64,000 nucleotides of DNA from Corallochytrium limacisporum Hawaii (lineage: Eukaryota > Protista > Pluriformea), in NCBI GenBank assembly GCA_002811645.1, contig PDIP01000036.1:1-64000 (forward strand), in the 5' to 3' direction. The notes under the pieces are model-generated. The model was not told the DNA's origin and did no database searches. It saw only the letters and a list, made by a program, of their open reading frames with translations. Made by a program: the position numbers and the translations under genes. This document shows positions 10,575 through 21,581 of the stretch, in pieces. Positions within the stretch are counted from its first letter, which is position 1. Each line of letters opens with the position of its first letter.

Positions 10575-11240
10575 ATGTCAAAGGTTCGCATTCACGGAAA
10601 CTGGGTATCCCAGCCCACACGCAGCGTACTTTGGCTGTGCCTCATTGGTAACATTGACTTTGAGATGATCAAGCTTGATCCGGCCAAAGGAGACACCCGC
10701 AAGCCTGAGTTCCGGGCATTGAATCCCAAGGCTAACGTCCCTTACTTGGAGGACGGCGATGTCAAGCTGCAAGAAGGCGCTGGTATCATGACGTACCTCT
10801 GCGACAGCCGTGGCTTGGACGATTGGTACCCCAAGGACCCTTCCACCCGGGCTCGCGTGGACGAATATCTGCACTGGCACCACAGTAATACGCGCTTTGC
10901 CTCGTCGGGAATCTTCCGTCCAAAGGTCTTTGCTGCGATCGGAGCTCCTGCTGGCAAGAAAGAGGTGAACGAGGCCTTTGAAAAGGGTTTCTGGAGGTCT
11001 GCCAAACATCTTGAAGGCATTCTTAAGGAGAACAAATGGGTGGCCAAGACCACCAAGCCGAGCATCGCCGACTTATTCGCCTACTGCGAGTACGACCAGC
11101 TGGAGGCTCTTGGGTTCTGGCCCGCGGATCAATACCCGAGTGTCACTGCGTGGATGAAGCGCATGGAAAAGCTTCCCTTCTACGCTGAATCCCACCAAAC
11201 AGTGATGAAGATGGCGGGCAACATGAAAGGACGCCTCTAA
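10575..11240 (+). CDS. Glutathione S-transferase, theta-like (copy A)
   Basis: ATG 10575 aligns with the paralogue start (MSKVRIHGNWVSQPTRSV); SQP motif, LNPKANVPYLEDG, RARVDEYLHWHH, SIADL N-capping box. Confidence 0.95.
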   Translation: MSKVRIHGNWVSQPTRSVLWLCLIGNIDFEMIKLDPAKGDTRKPEFRALNPKANVPYLEDGDVKLQEGAGIMTYLCDSRGLDDWYPKDPSTRARVDEYLHWHHSNTRFASSGIFRPKVFAAIGAPAGKKEVNEAFEKGFWRSAKHLEGILKENKWVAKTTKPSIADLFAYCEYDQLEALGFWPADQYPSVTAWMKRMEKLPFYAESHQTVMKMAGNMKGRL

Positions 11241-11539
11241 ATTTGTACGAAATACAGTCAACATAGACGGACTTGTAATTCTATGTGTCACAGTGATATC
11301 CTTGTGATGGTGTCCATTGAAACTAGACAGAGAATCTGCTCGAGTTTGGTTCCAGTCTTCCGGTTTCCCCCTACACGGCCGGCCCCCTCCCCGGGGTAGG
11401 GCGGCCGGCATAACTTCTTCCCCAAGAACGCAACTGCCTTCGACCTGATCGACGTACAGTCTGCGCGGTCCGGAACGGCTTCGGTGAGGAAGAGTGCAAA
11501 CCAGGATCTTCACCAGACACGCGTGCCGAGGAAAATGAG

Positions 11540-11624
11540 GTATTCAAACCCAGCCAAGCTACGAAACCAAAAATTGTGAAAGACGTTGTGTTCTTACGGA
11601 CATTCATTTACATTGATCAAACAG
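11540..11624 (+). other. Possible 85-nt 5' leader intron of GST copy B
   Basis: TGAG|GTAT donor context shared with copy A; ATTGAT branch-like site; CAG acceptor ending at 11624, just before ATG 11626. Confidence 0.45.
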
Positions 11625-11625
11625 G

Positions 11626-12300
11626 ATGGCAAAGGTTCGCATTCACGCGAATTGGATCTCGCAGCCCAGCCGGAGCGTGCTCTGGTTGTGCTTAATTGGT
11701 AATGTTGACCATCAATTTATCAAGGTCGACCTCTTCAAGGGAGAGACCCACACACCTGAATACCGGGCCATCAACCCCAAGGGTAATATCCCATATATGG
11801 AGGACGGCGAAGTTAAACTGCAAGAGGCCGCTGGCATTATGGCCTACTTGTGTGACACTCGTGGACTGGATGATTGGTATCCGAAGGATCCTTCCACGCG
11901 GGCTCGAGTGGACGAATATCTCCACTGGCACCACAATAATACGCGCAAGGCCTCCATTGGCATCATGCGGCCCAAGGTCTGGGCTAAACTGGGGGCACCT
12001 GCCGGCAACAAGGATGCCAACAAAGACATCGAAAAGGTCTTCTGGAAGTCTACTGAGCACCTGGAAGGCATTTTCAAAGAGAACAACTGGTTAGCTAAGA
12101 CTGCCCAGCCGACCATTGCCGATTTATTTGCGTACTGCGAATACGACCAGCTGGAGGCCTTTGGTTTCTGGCCCTCAGATCAGTACCCGAGTGTCACTGA
12201 GTGGATGAAGCGCATGGAAAAGCTTCCCTTTTACACAGAAACTCACGAGGGCCTGTTTAATTTAGCCAGCACCGTGAAGGAACGCCTGCAAGATTCGTGA
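11626..12300 (+). CDS. Glutathione S-transferase, theta-like (copy B, tandem paralogue)
   Basis: 224 aa; SQPSRSV, INPKGNIPYMEDG, RARVDEYLHWHH, TIADL; collinear with copy A. Confidence 0.95.
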   Translation: MAKVRIHANWISQPSRSVLWLCLIGNVDHQFIKVDLFKGETHTPEYRAINPKGNIPYMEDGEVKLQEAAGIMAYLCDTRGLDDWYPKDPSTRARVDEYLHWHHNNTRKASIGIMRPKVWAKLGAPAGNKDANKDIEKVFWKSTEHLEGIFKENNWLAKTAQPTIADLFAYCEYDQLEAFGFWPSDQYPSVTEWMKRMEKLPFYTETHEGLFNLASTVKERLQDS

Positions 12301-12737
12301 CACTACAACGAAGATGTGTACAAGTCTTTGAACTGAGCCTCTATGGTCAACCAAGCATCATCGAAGAAGCTTGTTGGCACCCAGATGTGCCCCTGTAGGA
12401 TGGTGCCCTCGGCTTCTTTTTCTGTCCAGAACGATCCTTGACTGTGAGCAAACCACCGCGAAGTCTTTGAACGACTTGGAAGCACCTGGGTTGGCCGCGG
12501 GTCATAGAACACGCGAATGTGTGTGGGGGCCTAATATTTTCCCTCCAATATTTTCGACCCCCTTCCCAAAGCCCGAGAGATCGGAGGAACTGCCACTGCC
12601 TTGGGCCACGTCGGAAGCTCTGTCGCATATTTACTTGGCAAAATGGGCAGGTATTTGTACAAACCGAGATCTTGTACATTGAGAAAATACGTGCGGCTAA
12701 GGTCTGACACTTCGAGTGAATTACTACACCGAACACA

Positions 12738-13364
12738 ATGGTGGAAAGTACAGATGCCGCAAAGGCACAGGAGAATCCCGAACAAGAAAAGCAACAATCA
12801 CCCCATCCAGAGAACGGAAACCATGCAGAACAAGAGGATGAATACGAGCATGAAATGGATCTCGACTATGAGGACATGCAAGAAGTTGTGCCAGTTGAGG
12901 ACTATGATTGGTGGCGGGGTAAACGCACGGCCACACGAGACAAAATAAATGCCACTTTGCAGAAAGAACTGGACAGGGTCGGAGATCTCACTAGTGAAGA
13001 CAGGAATCGTGCGCACGCCCTGTCGTTTAGCGAGAGACAAAAGCACCGAAAGCTGCTCAAAAAACAAATACGGTGGCTCATGTATGGCTACGGGGATGTG
13101 AGGAGCCCTGATGAGGACTCCATCCTCGTCATGGCTGACATTGTGGCAGAATATGTAACGGAGCTGGCGAGTGTGGCTGCCCATTGGACCGGCCATCCGC
13201 AACTGACAGTATCGAACGTGCAGACCGTGCTGCGTCGTGATCGCAAAAAAAGTCAAAAGGTCAGACGATTGCTGCGCTTCAAGAAAGACTACGACGCCAT
13301 CAAGAGCGGTGTTGCACCAACTGCCAAGGATGTCATAGATAAGGACGATATCTTCAAGAAATAA
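12738..13364 (+). CDS. TAF13: TFIID subunit 13 (TFIID-18 kDa histone fold)
   Basis: KQIRWLMYGYGDVRSP..SILVMADIVAEYVTEL...LRRDRKK matches TAF13 MYGFGD...LIRKDPRK; a single fold argues against SPT3. Confidence 0.8.
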   Translation: MVESTDAAKAQENPEQEKQQSPHPENGNHAEQEDEYEHEMDLDYEDMQEVVPVEDYDWWRGKRTATRDKINATLQKELDRVGDLTSEDRNRAHALSFSERQKHRKLLKKQIRWLMYGYGDVRSPDEDSILVMADIVAEYVTELASVAAHWTGHPQLTVSNVQTVLRRDRKKSQKVRRLLRFKKDYDAIKSGVAPTAKDVIDKDDIFKK

Positions 13365-13471
13365 CCTCTGGACAAGATCTGCAGCGTATCATTCAATCTT
13401 CTAAAGAACAGCAATAAAGAAACTATGGGTCGATTTCGAATTACTTTATAAAATTCCGTGCTCTTTGGCGT

Positions 13472-16400
13472 TCATGAGGTCGCTTCCGCGGCAGCGTCGA
13501 CCTTGGGATTCTCCCTGCTCTTTTGGGGGGAGGTCGGAGACGACAGCTGGGCACGGGCCAATGCGCTGGCCTGCTGACCAGCCTTCACCACCTGGATTTG
13601 CTCGGCCAAAGTCTGAATGAGGTTCTCAAGGCGCAAAATCTCCTTGTCCATGACCACAATCACACGGTCCGAGGGATGGTACACACCGGACTTCAGCAGT
13701 GACTCGCGTTCGCGCAGGAGCCTTGCTAGACTCGCGCGGTGGCTCCGCAGCTGAGGCTCCTCCCCAATGCCGGTCGTATCCTCGTCATCGACCGCCCCAT
13801 TAGTGTCCACGGCGTCAAAAGGCTTTCGAGTGGCGGTCGACACTTCAGCAACGGCCCCAAACGACAGGTCAGGACGCTGAGCGCCGTAGCCGTACGTGTC
13901 GGTATTGCCTCCGGTACCTTCCTCGTTCTCCTTCTCTTCGGAGCCAACACGAATGGACTCCAGCTCGCGCTTGATGGCCAGCAAGGCTTCGTTGTCGCGT
14001 TGCACGGCTCTTTCATCCTCGCGCACAAGGTACCCCAGCTTGAGGCGGTCCACTTCGAGCTGGGAGTCACGGAGGCGTTGCTCAAGCTCACGAGCGCGCA
14101 GCTTCTGGTTCTTTTCCAACTCCGCCACTGCCGCACGGTGAGCCTTCTGGAAGTACAGCTTGCCCTGAAGTGCCTCGGACAGCTGCTTTTGCAGGGCAGC
14201 ATTGTCCTTCTCGAGCTTGGCCACAGTGACCGCCATCTGCGCCTGAGAGGTGTTGGCCATTTCGTCTTTCAGGCGAATGATTTCCTTGTCGAGACGGCTG
14301 GCACGCTGCTTCGACGTCGCGAGCTTCTGTTCCGTTGCCTTGAGCTCCTCCCTCAGATCAACGTATCGACTTCTTTCCAGGGCCAGTCGATGGTCTGTCT
14401 CAGCCTTCAGCCGCTTGGCCGCCTCTCGAGCATCACTGACTTGGCGAGTATGCTCAGCCGCCAGGAGTTCTTTCTTGTGTCTGAAATCTTCCTCTGCCAT
14501 CCTGAAACGATGTTCCTTTGACTCCATGCGAGCTAAGGCTTCCTTCATGTCACTTTCCAGCTTTTGGTACTCACGGATACGCAACTCTAGCGTACGCTCT
14601 CGTTCGCGGTCGCGTTTCTTCCATTCCGCTGCCAATGATTTCGTCAGAGCCTCTTCTTCATTTCTTAGGTGCCGCATAAAGGCCCGTTTCTGTGCCTGGC
14701 GCCACGATGTCAGATCACCCCCTTGATCGGGCACCATACCTGCATCATAATCCGCATCGTCCTCTGTTTCGCCGAGCATGTGCGCAGTTTCCTCACGCGT
14801 CACGTCTGCGGCTGGCGCTGCTGCCTTTCCTTTGGCACCCGCACGCCGAGCTTTCGGTTCGTTCATAGGCTTTCCCACACAGGGTCCCTGGCCTGGCTCA
14901 CTGCCGAATCCTTCGTCTCCCTCGTCCCCCTCGCCCAGTGCGTAGGTACCGGAAGGAGACGGTGCAGTCGCCTGTGCACCAGACTGATGGTACAGACTGT
15001 GGTCCTTGTGGTCCTTTGTGCTGCCGCCATGCAGTCCCGCCTTTTCGGGATCCACAGCAGTCTCCCCGGTGCGCGTATCCCGGCGCAGGACCCCGAAATC
15101 TTCCAAGCTAAGAATGACGCGGATTTCTCCGACCTTATGGATCGTACCAGCAGCATCAAAGGTGCAGACTGCTACATAGGAGTCGTGTGTCTGCATCCAG
15201 GCCAATGATCCCTGCACCCGTGTACGCATCGAGGACAGCACTTCGCCGAGGTTTACCTGAGCAACGCCCATCAGCTGGTCCCGGTGGATCCTGTCGCGGT
15301 TCCACAGCTGAAGACTGAGAGGGACATCCCGGAAGTGGCTGGACATATGGTGGGGATCCGTGCTAAATGTGTGAGCGCAGAACGAATTCGGCAGGATGTG
15401 TTGTGAGCCCACCCGCACCTCGACAGGTGGATACGTAATGACTGGAGCCGCGCTGCCAAAGAATGGGTAAGTGTAGCGCACGTACACGTTGCAGTTGGGC
15501 AAAGTCACATCCTTAACTTCCCGACATTCGATTCCGTACCGGAAGTGATGCTCGCTGCGATCGTAGTACGGAAATCCTTCAGCAGAGAAAGGTCGTGGTG
15601 GTGGGACAATGTCATGGAAAATGACTTGCTCCATGCTTTTGGGTGACTGGTGGATCTTGACCGTGTCGTCGCCTGCGTTCTCTGTCAAACGTTTGTGACG
15701 GAAACCACTTGAAGGAGTGGAACTACGGGGCCGGGGAATTGCCCTCACCGGCGACAGATACGCGGCCTCAACCAGACTACCTTGCAAATTTCCAATTGCG
15801 GCCGCAACTTCGGCATCGTCCGGATCTACGGTAGTAATTCTCGGCGGCGACCCTGCAGTAGGCTGCTGATGAGAGGCCGAGGCGCCACTTGCACCCAGGT
15901 CATGAAAAGGTGGTGTGTCAGTGCCAGTGGTCAGGGAAGCACTGACTACCATTTCGGGCTTAGCTGACCCAGACCTGTAGGCAATGCTTTCTTCACCGTC
16001 GATTGGCACAATTGTGAGCGTGTCCTCAATATTGCGCCGACTGTTGGGTACGCCGCGATCGGTCAAGCGCGTGAGATCAACGGCAACGTGTCCAAGTCTG
16101 CGGGTAGGCCCATTCATCAGTGTGATGGTCAGAGCGGGCATTGACTGCCGAATGTAGGTGTAGAGTTCTTCTTCGCTGGATTTAATGCGCACGGTTGCTC
16201 TCTCCGCAGCCATCTCCTGGGGCTTCAACAAGTCTTGAAAGTGGCCACAGGTGATTTCCGCGCCGAACAGCTCGTACGAAATATAAAACTCTGGGCCAAA
16301 CGTACGCTCGCCATCCTTTACCACGAGATCAATGTCGCTGACCTTGTGAACCGTCACAGTCAACACAAAGTCATCCTGCCCATTGCCTATAAGAAAGTGA

Positions 16401-17068
16401 CCCGCCCCATCGTCAACCACTGTTGGAATACCGCTCCTGAAAGGCGATGACACCCGTTGCGGGGAGGCAACGATCTGTTTCTGGCGCGTAGGACTCATTT
16501 GAGACGTGTTGGCCCGGAAGACTCCGTTAAATTCTTGCTCATCAGCACCCGAAATGACAGGTACCTGCTGTTCAGCCTCAGGCGGAGGTTGGCTGGTCTC
16601 GCTAGCGGCCAGATTTGCGCTCTCCACAGCAACCCGGATGTTCAACTTAGGGTGCAGACGTGAAAATTGCTGGCTGTTCACCGTCTGGTAGTCTTCTGAT
16701 TCCATTCCAAACTGTGCGCTCCGAATGTCAATCATGACAAAACCGAGTTCTTCCTTGCGATACTGTGCCGGGTCAGTCTCCTGATCTCCTTCACCCTCCA
16801 GGGCGTCCATCAGTTCCTCCGGCAGGGCATAGATACGAAGCTTCAGAGGCGTCCGTTGTCTGCGGTGGTCCTGTAATACCTTGTGAGATATTTCCCATGC
16901 AAGCTCGGTCGAGAACTGCGGAGTGGAATCGAAGGACCGGATTGGATCCGTCCAAAGTCTCTCGCCGTTGAAAGTCGCCTCTGCGATCAGACATTTTCCA
17001 TGGAGCGTCGGAAAGTTGACACCATCCCCGATACCAATGAGGAACAGTACAACATCATTGTCTGACAT
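13472..17068 (-). CDS. CEP120: Centrosomal protein CEP120
   Basis: 1198 aa; C2A (EATFNGERLWTDPI..TPQFSTELAWE...RRQRTPLKL), C2B, C2C (YVRYTYPFFGSAAPVITYPPVEV), coiled coil LAAEWKKRDRERE, terminal LLRERESLLKSGVYHPSDRVI. Confidence 0.95.
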   Translation of the reverse strand: MSDNDVVLFLIGIGDGVNFPTLHGKCLIAEATFNGERLWTDPIRSFDSTPQFSTELAWEISHKVLQDHRRQRTPLKLRIYALPEELMDALEGEGDQETDPAQYRKEELGFVMIDIRSAQFGMESEDYQTVNSQQFSRLHPKLNIRVAVESANLAASETSQPPPEAEQQVPVISGADEQEFNGVFRANTSQMSPTRQKQIVASPQRVSSPFRSGIPTVVDDGAGHFLIGNGQDDFVLTVTVHKVSDIDLVVKDGERTFGPEFYISYELFGAEITCGHFQDLLKPQEMAAERATVRIKSSEEELYTYIRQSMPALTITLMNGPTRRLGHVAVDLTRLTDRGVPNSRRNIEDTLTIVPIDGEESIAYRSGSAKPEMVVSASLTTGTDTPPFHDLGASGASASHQQPTAGSPPRITTVDPDDAEVAAAIGNLQGSLVEAAYLSPVRAIPRPRSSTPSSGFRHKRLTENAGDDTVKIHQSPKSMEQVIFHDIVPPPRPFSAEGFPYYDRSEHHFRYGIECREVKDVTLPNCNVYVRYTYPFFGSAAPVITYPPVEVRVGSQHILPNSFCAHTFSTDPHHMSSHFRDVPLSLQLWNRDRIHRDQLMGVAQVNLGEVLSSMRTRVQGSLAWMQTHDSYVAVCTFDAAGTIHKVGEIRVILSLEDFGVLRRDTRTGETAVDPEKAGLHGGSTKDHKDHSLYHQSGAQATAPSPSGTYALGEGDEGDEGFGSEPGQGPCVGKPMNEPKARRAGAKGKAAAPAADVTREETAHMLGETEDDADYDAGMVPDQGGDLTSWRQAQKRAFMRHLRNEEEALTKSLAAEWKKRDRERERTLELRIREYQKLESDMKEALARMESKEHRFRMAEEDFRHKKELLAAEHTRQVSDAREAAKRLKAETDHRLALERSRYVDLREELKATEQKLATSKQRASRLDKEIIRLKDEMANTSQAQMAVTVAKLEKDNAALQKQLSEALQGKLYFQKAHRAAVAELEKNQKLRARELEQRLRDSQLEVDRLKLGYLVREDERAVQRDNEALLAIKRELESIRVGSEEKENEEGTGGNTDTYGYGAQRPDLSFGAVAEVSTATRKPFDAVDTNGAVDDEDTTGIGEEPQLRSHRASLARLLRERESLLKSGVYHPSDRVIVVMDKEILRLENLIQTLAEQIQVVKAGQQASALARAQLSSPTSPQKSRENPKVDAAAEATS

Positions 17069-17540
17069 TTTTTCTATCCAGGCTTGTGGGTTATTGAATG
17101 TTATCCCTGTTCTGTGTTACTTCTCTCCTACCCTTCCATGTCTTCCTTTCACCGTCGGTGGCTTTTGAGTTCTTGATCTACATGTTCTTTACGCGAATTC
17201 ATAAATCAGCGCTTTTTCGAGGCAACTTGAAGAATACTGGCACGCTAAATACCAATGCAATCTGCCTGCCAATTTCACAGTCAGCACTCGACAAAGAGCC
17301 GGGAGGGTAAAGCCCACAGACGTCCCCCAAAGGAGGCGATCCAAGTGCCGACGGCCCGACTGTCTCAAGCGTTTCCCCGCCGCAGTCTCCCCGCCCTCCC
17401 TCTCTTCACCGTTTCCGAAGAGACTCGCGTTCGCTCCTTGGCCGGCAACGAGAGAGACTGGACCGCCAAACGGGCACACTCGGCCACACACTCTCTCTCC
17501 CTCCCCGGCCCTCCAGCCCTTTTTCACTTTGACGCGTTTG

Positions 17541-17737
17541 GGTGGCCTCTACCCAACCAATATTTTTTTTACACCCCCCCCCCCCCCCCCCCCCCCCNNN
17601 NNNNNNNNNNNNNNNNNNNNNNNNNNNNNNNNNNNNNNNNNNNNNNNNNNNNNNNNNNNNNNNNNNNNNNNNNNNNNNNNNNNNNNNNNNNNNNNNNNNN
17701 NNNNNGGTGGCCTCTACCCAACCAATATTTTTTTTAC
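17541..17737. other. Assembly gap (N 17598-17705) flanked by the same ~30-nt sequence and poly-C
   Basis: ggtggcctctacccaaccaatattttttt occurs at 17541 and 17706, on either side of the Ns; typical of overlapping contig ends. Confidence 0.85.
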
Positions 17738-18073
17738 CCCCCCCCCCCCCCTCTCCTGCCCCTGCTGTACCCCCCCTGGGTCGCGCCAAAAAATGCGCGC
17801 ACAAAACAATTAGACCCCCCCCCACCAAGGGCCGCCACACTCACTTTAACTGACACCCTTGTTACATGGTTTTAATCCAAACGCCCCCAGAGGAAGGTAG
17901 AGAAAGAGAGAGAGGGAGAGAAGCACAGCACCCTTGGGAAGCAGAGGGGGGGGGGGAGAGATGGGGGAATAGAGAGAGAGAGACAGCCAGACAGACAGAC
18001 AGACAGAAGACCACGTAGAAAACCCAAAAAAAAAGCCAAACTCGTCTTCTCCCCCCCCCTTCCCCGCCCCCTT

Positions 18074-18980
18074 NNNNNNNNNNNNNNNNNNNNNNNNNNN
18101 NNNNNNNNNNNNNNNNNNNNNNNNNNNNNNNNNNNNNNNNNNNNNNNNNNNNNNNNNNNNNNNNNNNNNNNNNNNNNNNNNNNNNNNNNNNNNNNNNNNN
18201 NNNNNNNNNNNNNNNNNNNNNNNNNNNNNNNNNNNNNNNNNNNNNNNNNNNNNNNNNNNNNNNNNNNNNNNNNNNNNNNNNNNNNNNNNNNNNNNNNNNN
18301 NNNNNNNNNNNNNNNNNNNNNNNNNNNNNNNNNNNNNNNNNNNNNNNNNNNNNNNNNNNNNNNNNNNNNNNNNNNNNNNNNNNNNNNNNNNNNNNNNNNN
18401 NNNNNNNNNNNNNNNNNNNNNNNNNNNNNNNNNNNNNNNNNNNNNNNNNNNNNNNNNNNNNNNNNNNNNNNNNNNNNNNNNNNNNNNNNNNNNNNNNNNN
18501 NNNNNNNNNNNNNNNNNNNNNNNNNNNNNNNNNNNNNNNNNNNNNNNNNNNNNNNNNNNNNNNNNNNNNNNNNNNNNNNNNNNNNNNNNNNNNNNNNNNN
18601 NNNNNNNNNNNNNNNNNNNNNNNNNNNNNNNNNNNNNNNNNNNNNNNNNNNNNNNNNNNNNNNNNNNNNNNNNNNNNNNNNNNNNNNNNNNNNNNNNNNN
18701 NNNNNNNNNNNNNNNNNNNNNNNNNNNNNNNNNNNNNNNNNNNNNNNNNNNNNNNNNNNNNNNNNNNNNNNNNNNNNNNNNNNNNNNNNNNNNNNNNNNN
18801 NNNNNNNNNNNNNNNNNNNNNNNNNNNNNNNNNNNNNNNNNNNNNNNNNNNNNNNNNNNNNNNNNNNNNNNNNNNNNNNNNNNNNNNNNNNNNNNNNNNN
18901 NNNNNNNNNNNNNNNNNNNNNNNNNNNNNNNNNNNNNNNNNNNNNNNNNNNNNNNNNNNNNNNNNNNNNNNNNNNNNNNN
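18074..18980. other. Assembly gap (907 N)
   Basis: Run of N in the CEP120-UGP divergent intergenic region. Confidence 1.
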
Positions 18981-19585
18981 GCAACACCCCATCCCCTCTC
19001 TTGACTCCGCTCCCCTTTTTGCTTGTGTCCTCGAAGACTGGAGCACCAATGAGCAAGCCGATCGCTGGCCCCGTCACGAAGCTGGCTTTTTTTTTTCTTT
19101 TTGGGAGCCCGGTGGGCAGTCAGTCGAGTGCGTGTCCGTGTTCTTGATGAGCGATGAATGAGAGAGGGTTCATCACGTCCCGATCCGAAGGGGGATCCAT
19201 TCTGTGCGCCTGGGACTAATACGTACGCTGGGGTACAATAGCCCGTTCGTTATGCAAGTGTGTTTATTTTTATTTTTTGGAATGGTTCAGTTCCGCCCTG
19301 AAGGCTGGAATAACCCGCCCCGGGGCAATACGACGGAGACTGCTTTGGACCCTGTGTTGCTCTGTTGTTGGCCTTGATGGGGAAGGGACCCACGACCGGG
19401 GCAGACAACCAAGTTGACTAGATTGGCAGGTCAGATGTTCTCTGGAGCAGTGGACAGGTACTTTTGACCATACGGATGTGAAGAGCGGAACCTCTATCTT
19501 GGCCAGATTGAGCGTCCGTTCAGAGGCACGTCGCGTTTCGGGTAATATCGTCAATAGCTCGATAGAACCAACCCACTCAATCACC

Positions 19586-21067
19586 ATGACACAAATTGAT
19601 CGCAACTCCATTGCTGACTTCCAGCAGGCCGCTTACCGCACCGCGGAGCAGGTCATGGACGTGGAGATCACCAACCTTGCACTGCAGATTACGGACGAGG
19701 CTGAGCGTCGTGAGAAGTCTGCCCAGCTGAATGGCTTCCTCGATTTATTCAACCGTTTCATCGAACTCGGTGACTTCAAAATTGACTGGGAGAAGGTAAA
19801 GTCTCCTGCCGAGGGAATGGTTGAACACTACGATACACTTAATGAGGTCGACAAGAGCAAACTAAAGAGCTATTTGAACCGTCTAGTGGTTTTGAAGCTG
19901 AACGGTGGTCTTGGTACTACCATGGGTTGCAAAGGTCCCAAATCCGTCATTGAGGTGAAGAATGACCAGACCTTCCTGGATTTGGCCATCCAGCAGATTG
20001 AGAAACTAAACGAAGTCTTTGATGTCGATGTTCCTCTGGTGCTGATGAACTCGTTCAACACGCACGAGGACACTACAAAGATTTTGCAGCAATACGAGGG
20101 TCGTCGGATTACCATCAAGACCTTCAACCAGAGCCGATTTCCGCGCATTCTGCGCGAGTCGCTGACTCCCGCACCGCAGAACTGGAACAACTCACAGGAG
20201 TGGTACCCTCCGGGCCACGGTGATGTCTATGCTTCCCTGCAGCGGTCCGGCCTGTTAGAGGAGCTGGTCGAACAGGGCAAGGACTGGTTGTTCATGTCCA
20301 ACATTGACAATTTGGGAGCCACTGTGGACACCAAGATTCTGCAGTACGTTGTTGAGAGCGGGCTCGAATACCTCATGGAGGTCACAGACAAGACCATGGC
20401 TGACGTCAAGGGTGGTACTCTGGTCGAATACGAGGGTAAGGTCAAGCTGCTTGAGATTGCTCAGGTACCCAAGGAGCACGTTGCCGACTTTAAGTCCATC
20501 AAGAAATTCAAAATTTTCAATACCAACAATGTTTGGTTCCACCTGCCCGCGTTGAAGCGCGAGCTGGCGGATGACGAGCTCGCCTTGGACGTTATCATCA
20601 ACAACAAGACACTGGACGATGGCACAAACATTATCCAGCTCGAGACTGCCTGTGGTGCGGCCATTCAGTATTTCCACAAGGCCAAGGGCATGAATGTGCC
20701 ACGGTCACGCTTCTTGCCGGTCAAGTCATGCTCTGATCTGCTGCTCATCAAGTCCGATCTCTACGACATGACAGATGGTTGTCTAACCATGACCAGCAAA
20801 CGTCCGTTACCTCAGGTTCCTCTGGTGAAATTGGGCGCTCAGTACTTCAAGAAGGTCAACGACTTCCTGAACCGGTTCGAAAGTATGCCCAAGATCATCG
20901 AGCTGGATCATCTTACCGTCACCGGTAATGTGAGCTTCGGCAACGACGTTACTCTGAAGGGAACCGTCATCATTGTCGCCAGCCACGGGGAGCGCATTGA
21001 TATTCCTCCTGGATCTGTATTTGAGAACCAGGTTATTTCTGGAACATTGCGCATGACCAATCACTAG
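19586..21067 (+). CDS. UGP1: UTP-glucose-1-phosphate uridylyltransferase
   Basis: First ATG 19586 (accATG); LKLNGGLGTTMGCKGPKS, LMNSFNTH, WYPPGHGD, SNIDNLGA, ADVKGG, VPRSRFLPVK. Confidence 0.98.
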   Translation: MTQIDRNSIADFQQAAYRTAEQVMDVEITNLALQITDEAERREKSAQLNGFLDLFNRFIELGDFKIDWEKVKSPAEGMVEHYDTLNEVDKSKLKSYLNRLVVLKLNGGLGTTMGCKGPKSVIEVKNDQTFLDLAIQQIEKLNEVFDVDVPLVLMNSFNTHEDTTKILQQYEGRRITIKTFNQSRFPRILRESLTPAPQNWNNSQEWYPPGHGDVYASLQRSGLLEELVEQGKDWLFMSNIDNLGATVDTKILQYVVESGLEYLMEVTDKTMADVKGGTLVEYEGKVKLLEIAQVPKEHVADFKSIKKFKIFNTNNVWFHLPALKRELADDELALDVIINNKTLDDGTNIIQLETACGAAIQYFHKAKGMNVPRSRFLPVKSCSDLLLIKSDLYDMTDGCLTMTSKRPLPQVPLVKLGAQYFKKVNDFLNRFESMPKIIELDHLTVTGNVSFGNDVTLKGTVIIVASHGERIDIPPGSVFENQVISGTLRMTNH

Positions 21068-21581
21068 TTTGGGTACGTGTTCACCTTGGTCTTCCGTCGT
21101 CTTCGCGATGGCGTTTGTAAGCCTCTTAGCTCGCAAGACAGACCGTCTACTGTTCTTAGTGGAAAGGAAAAGACGAAGACCAAAAACAAAACAAAGTTTA
21201 GATGATAAACAAATGTGGGAAGAAGCCCCCTTTCTTGTTTCATGTTATGGTATGATGTTAAAAAGAAGATGATGTTCATCACTTGTCACTTCAATGACAA
21301 GGGAATGAAATAAAGTTATGCCTTAAAATTTGGGGGCTACAGGTGATTGAACATGCCGCGATGTTTTGCTTGATAAAATAGTCAAAGGGATGATCAAAAC
21401 TAACACTTGATACACCCTTCACCATGTTTTGTGTTTAGTGTTGCCTTTCGTCTCTCTCTTAAAGGGGATCGTAAACAAGCTCTCCTTGTATGCGGAGTAT
21501 GTCTACCAGAGATCCCTTGTTGTTTTCAACACAAAAGAGACTGTTTGTGAACAAAATTAATTTCTACAGTCCGTCAAGCAC

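Noticed and set aside
17541-17737. Direct repeats around the N gaps (also 56245-56403) as possible target-site duplications
   Set aside because: They flank scaffold gaps beside homopolymers, so they are best explained as overlapping contig ends.
19478-19585. Non-AUG N-terminal extensions in the ORF track (UGP GTG 19478; also GST-A 10542, INO1 60501, KLHDC10 24742)
   Set aside because: Artefacts of alternative starts in the ORF caller; homology begins at the downstream ATG, and the GST-A extension lies in a probable intron.
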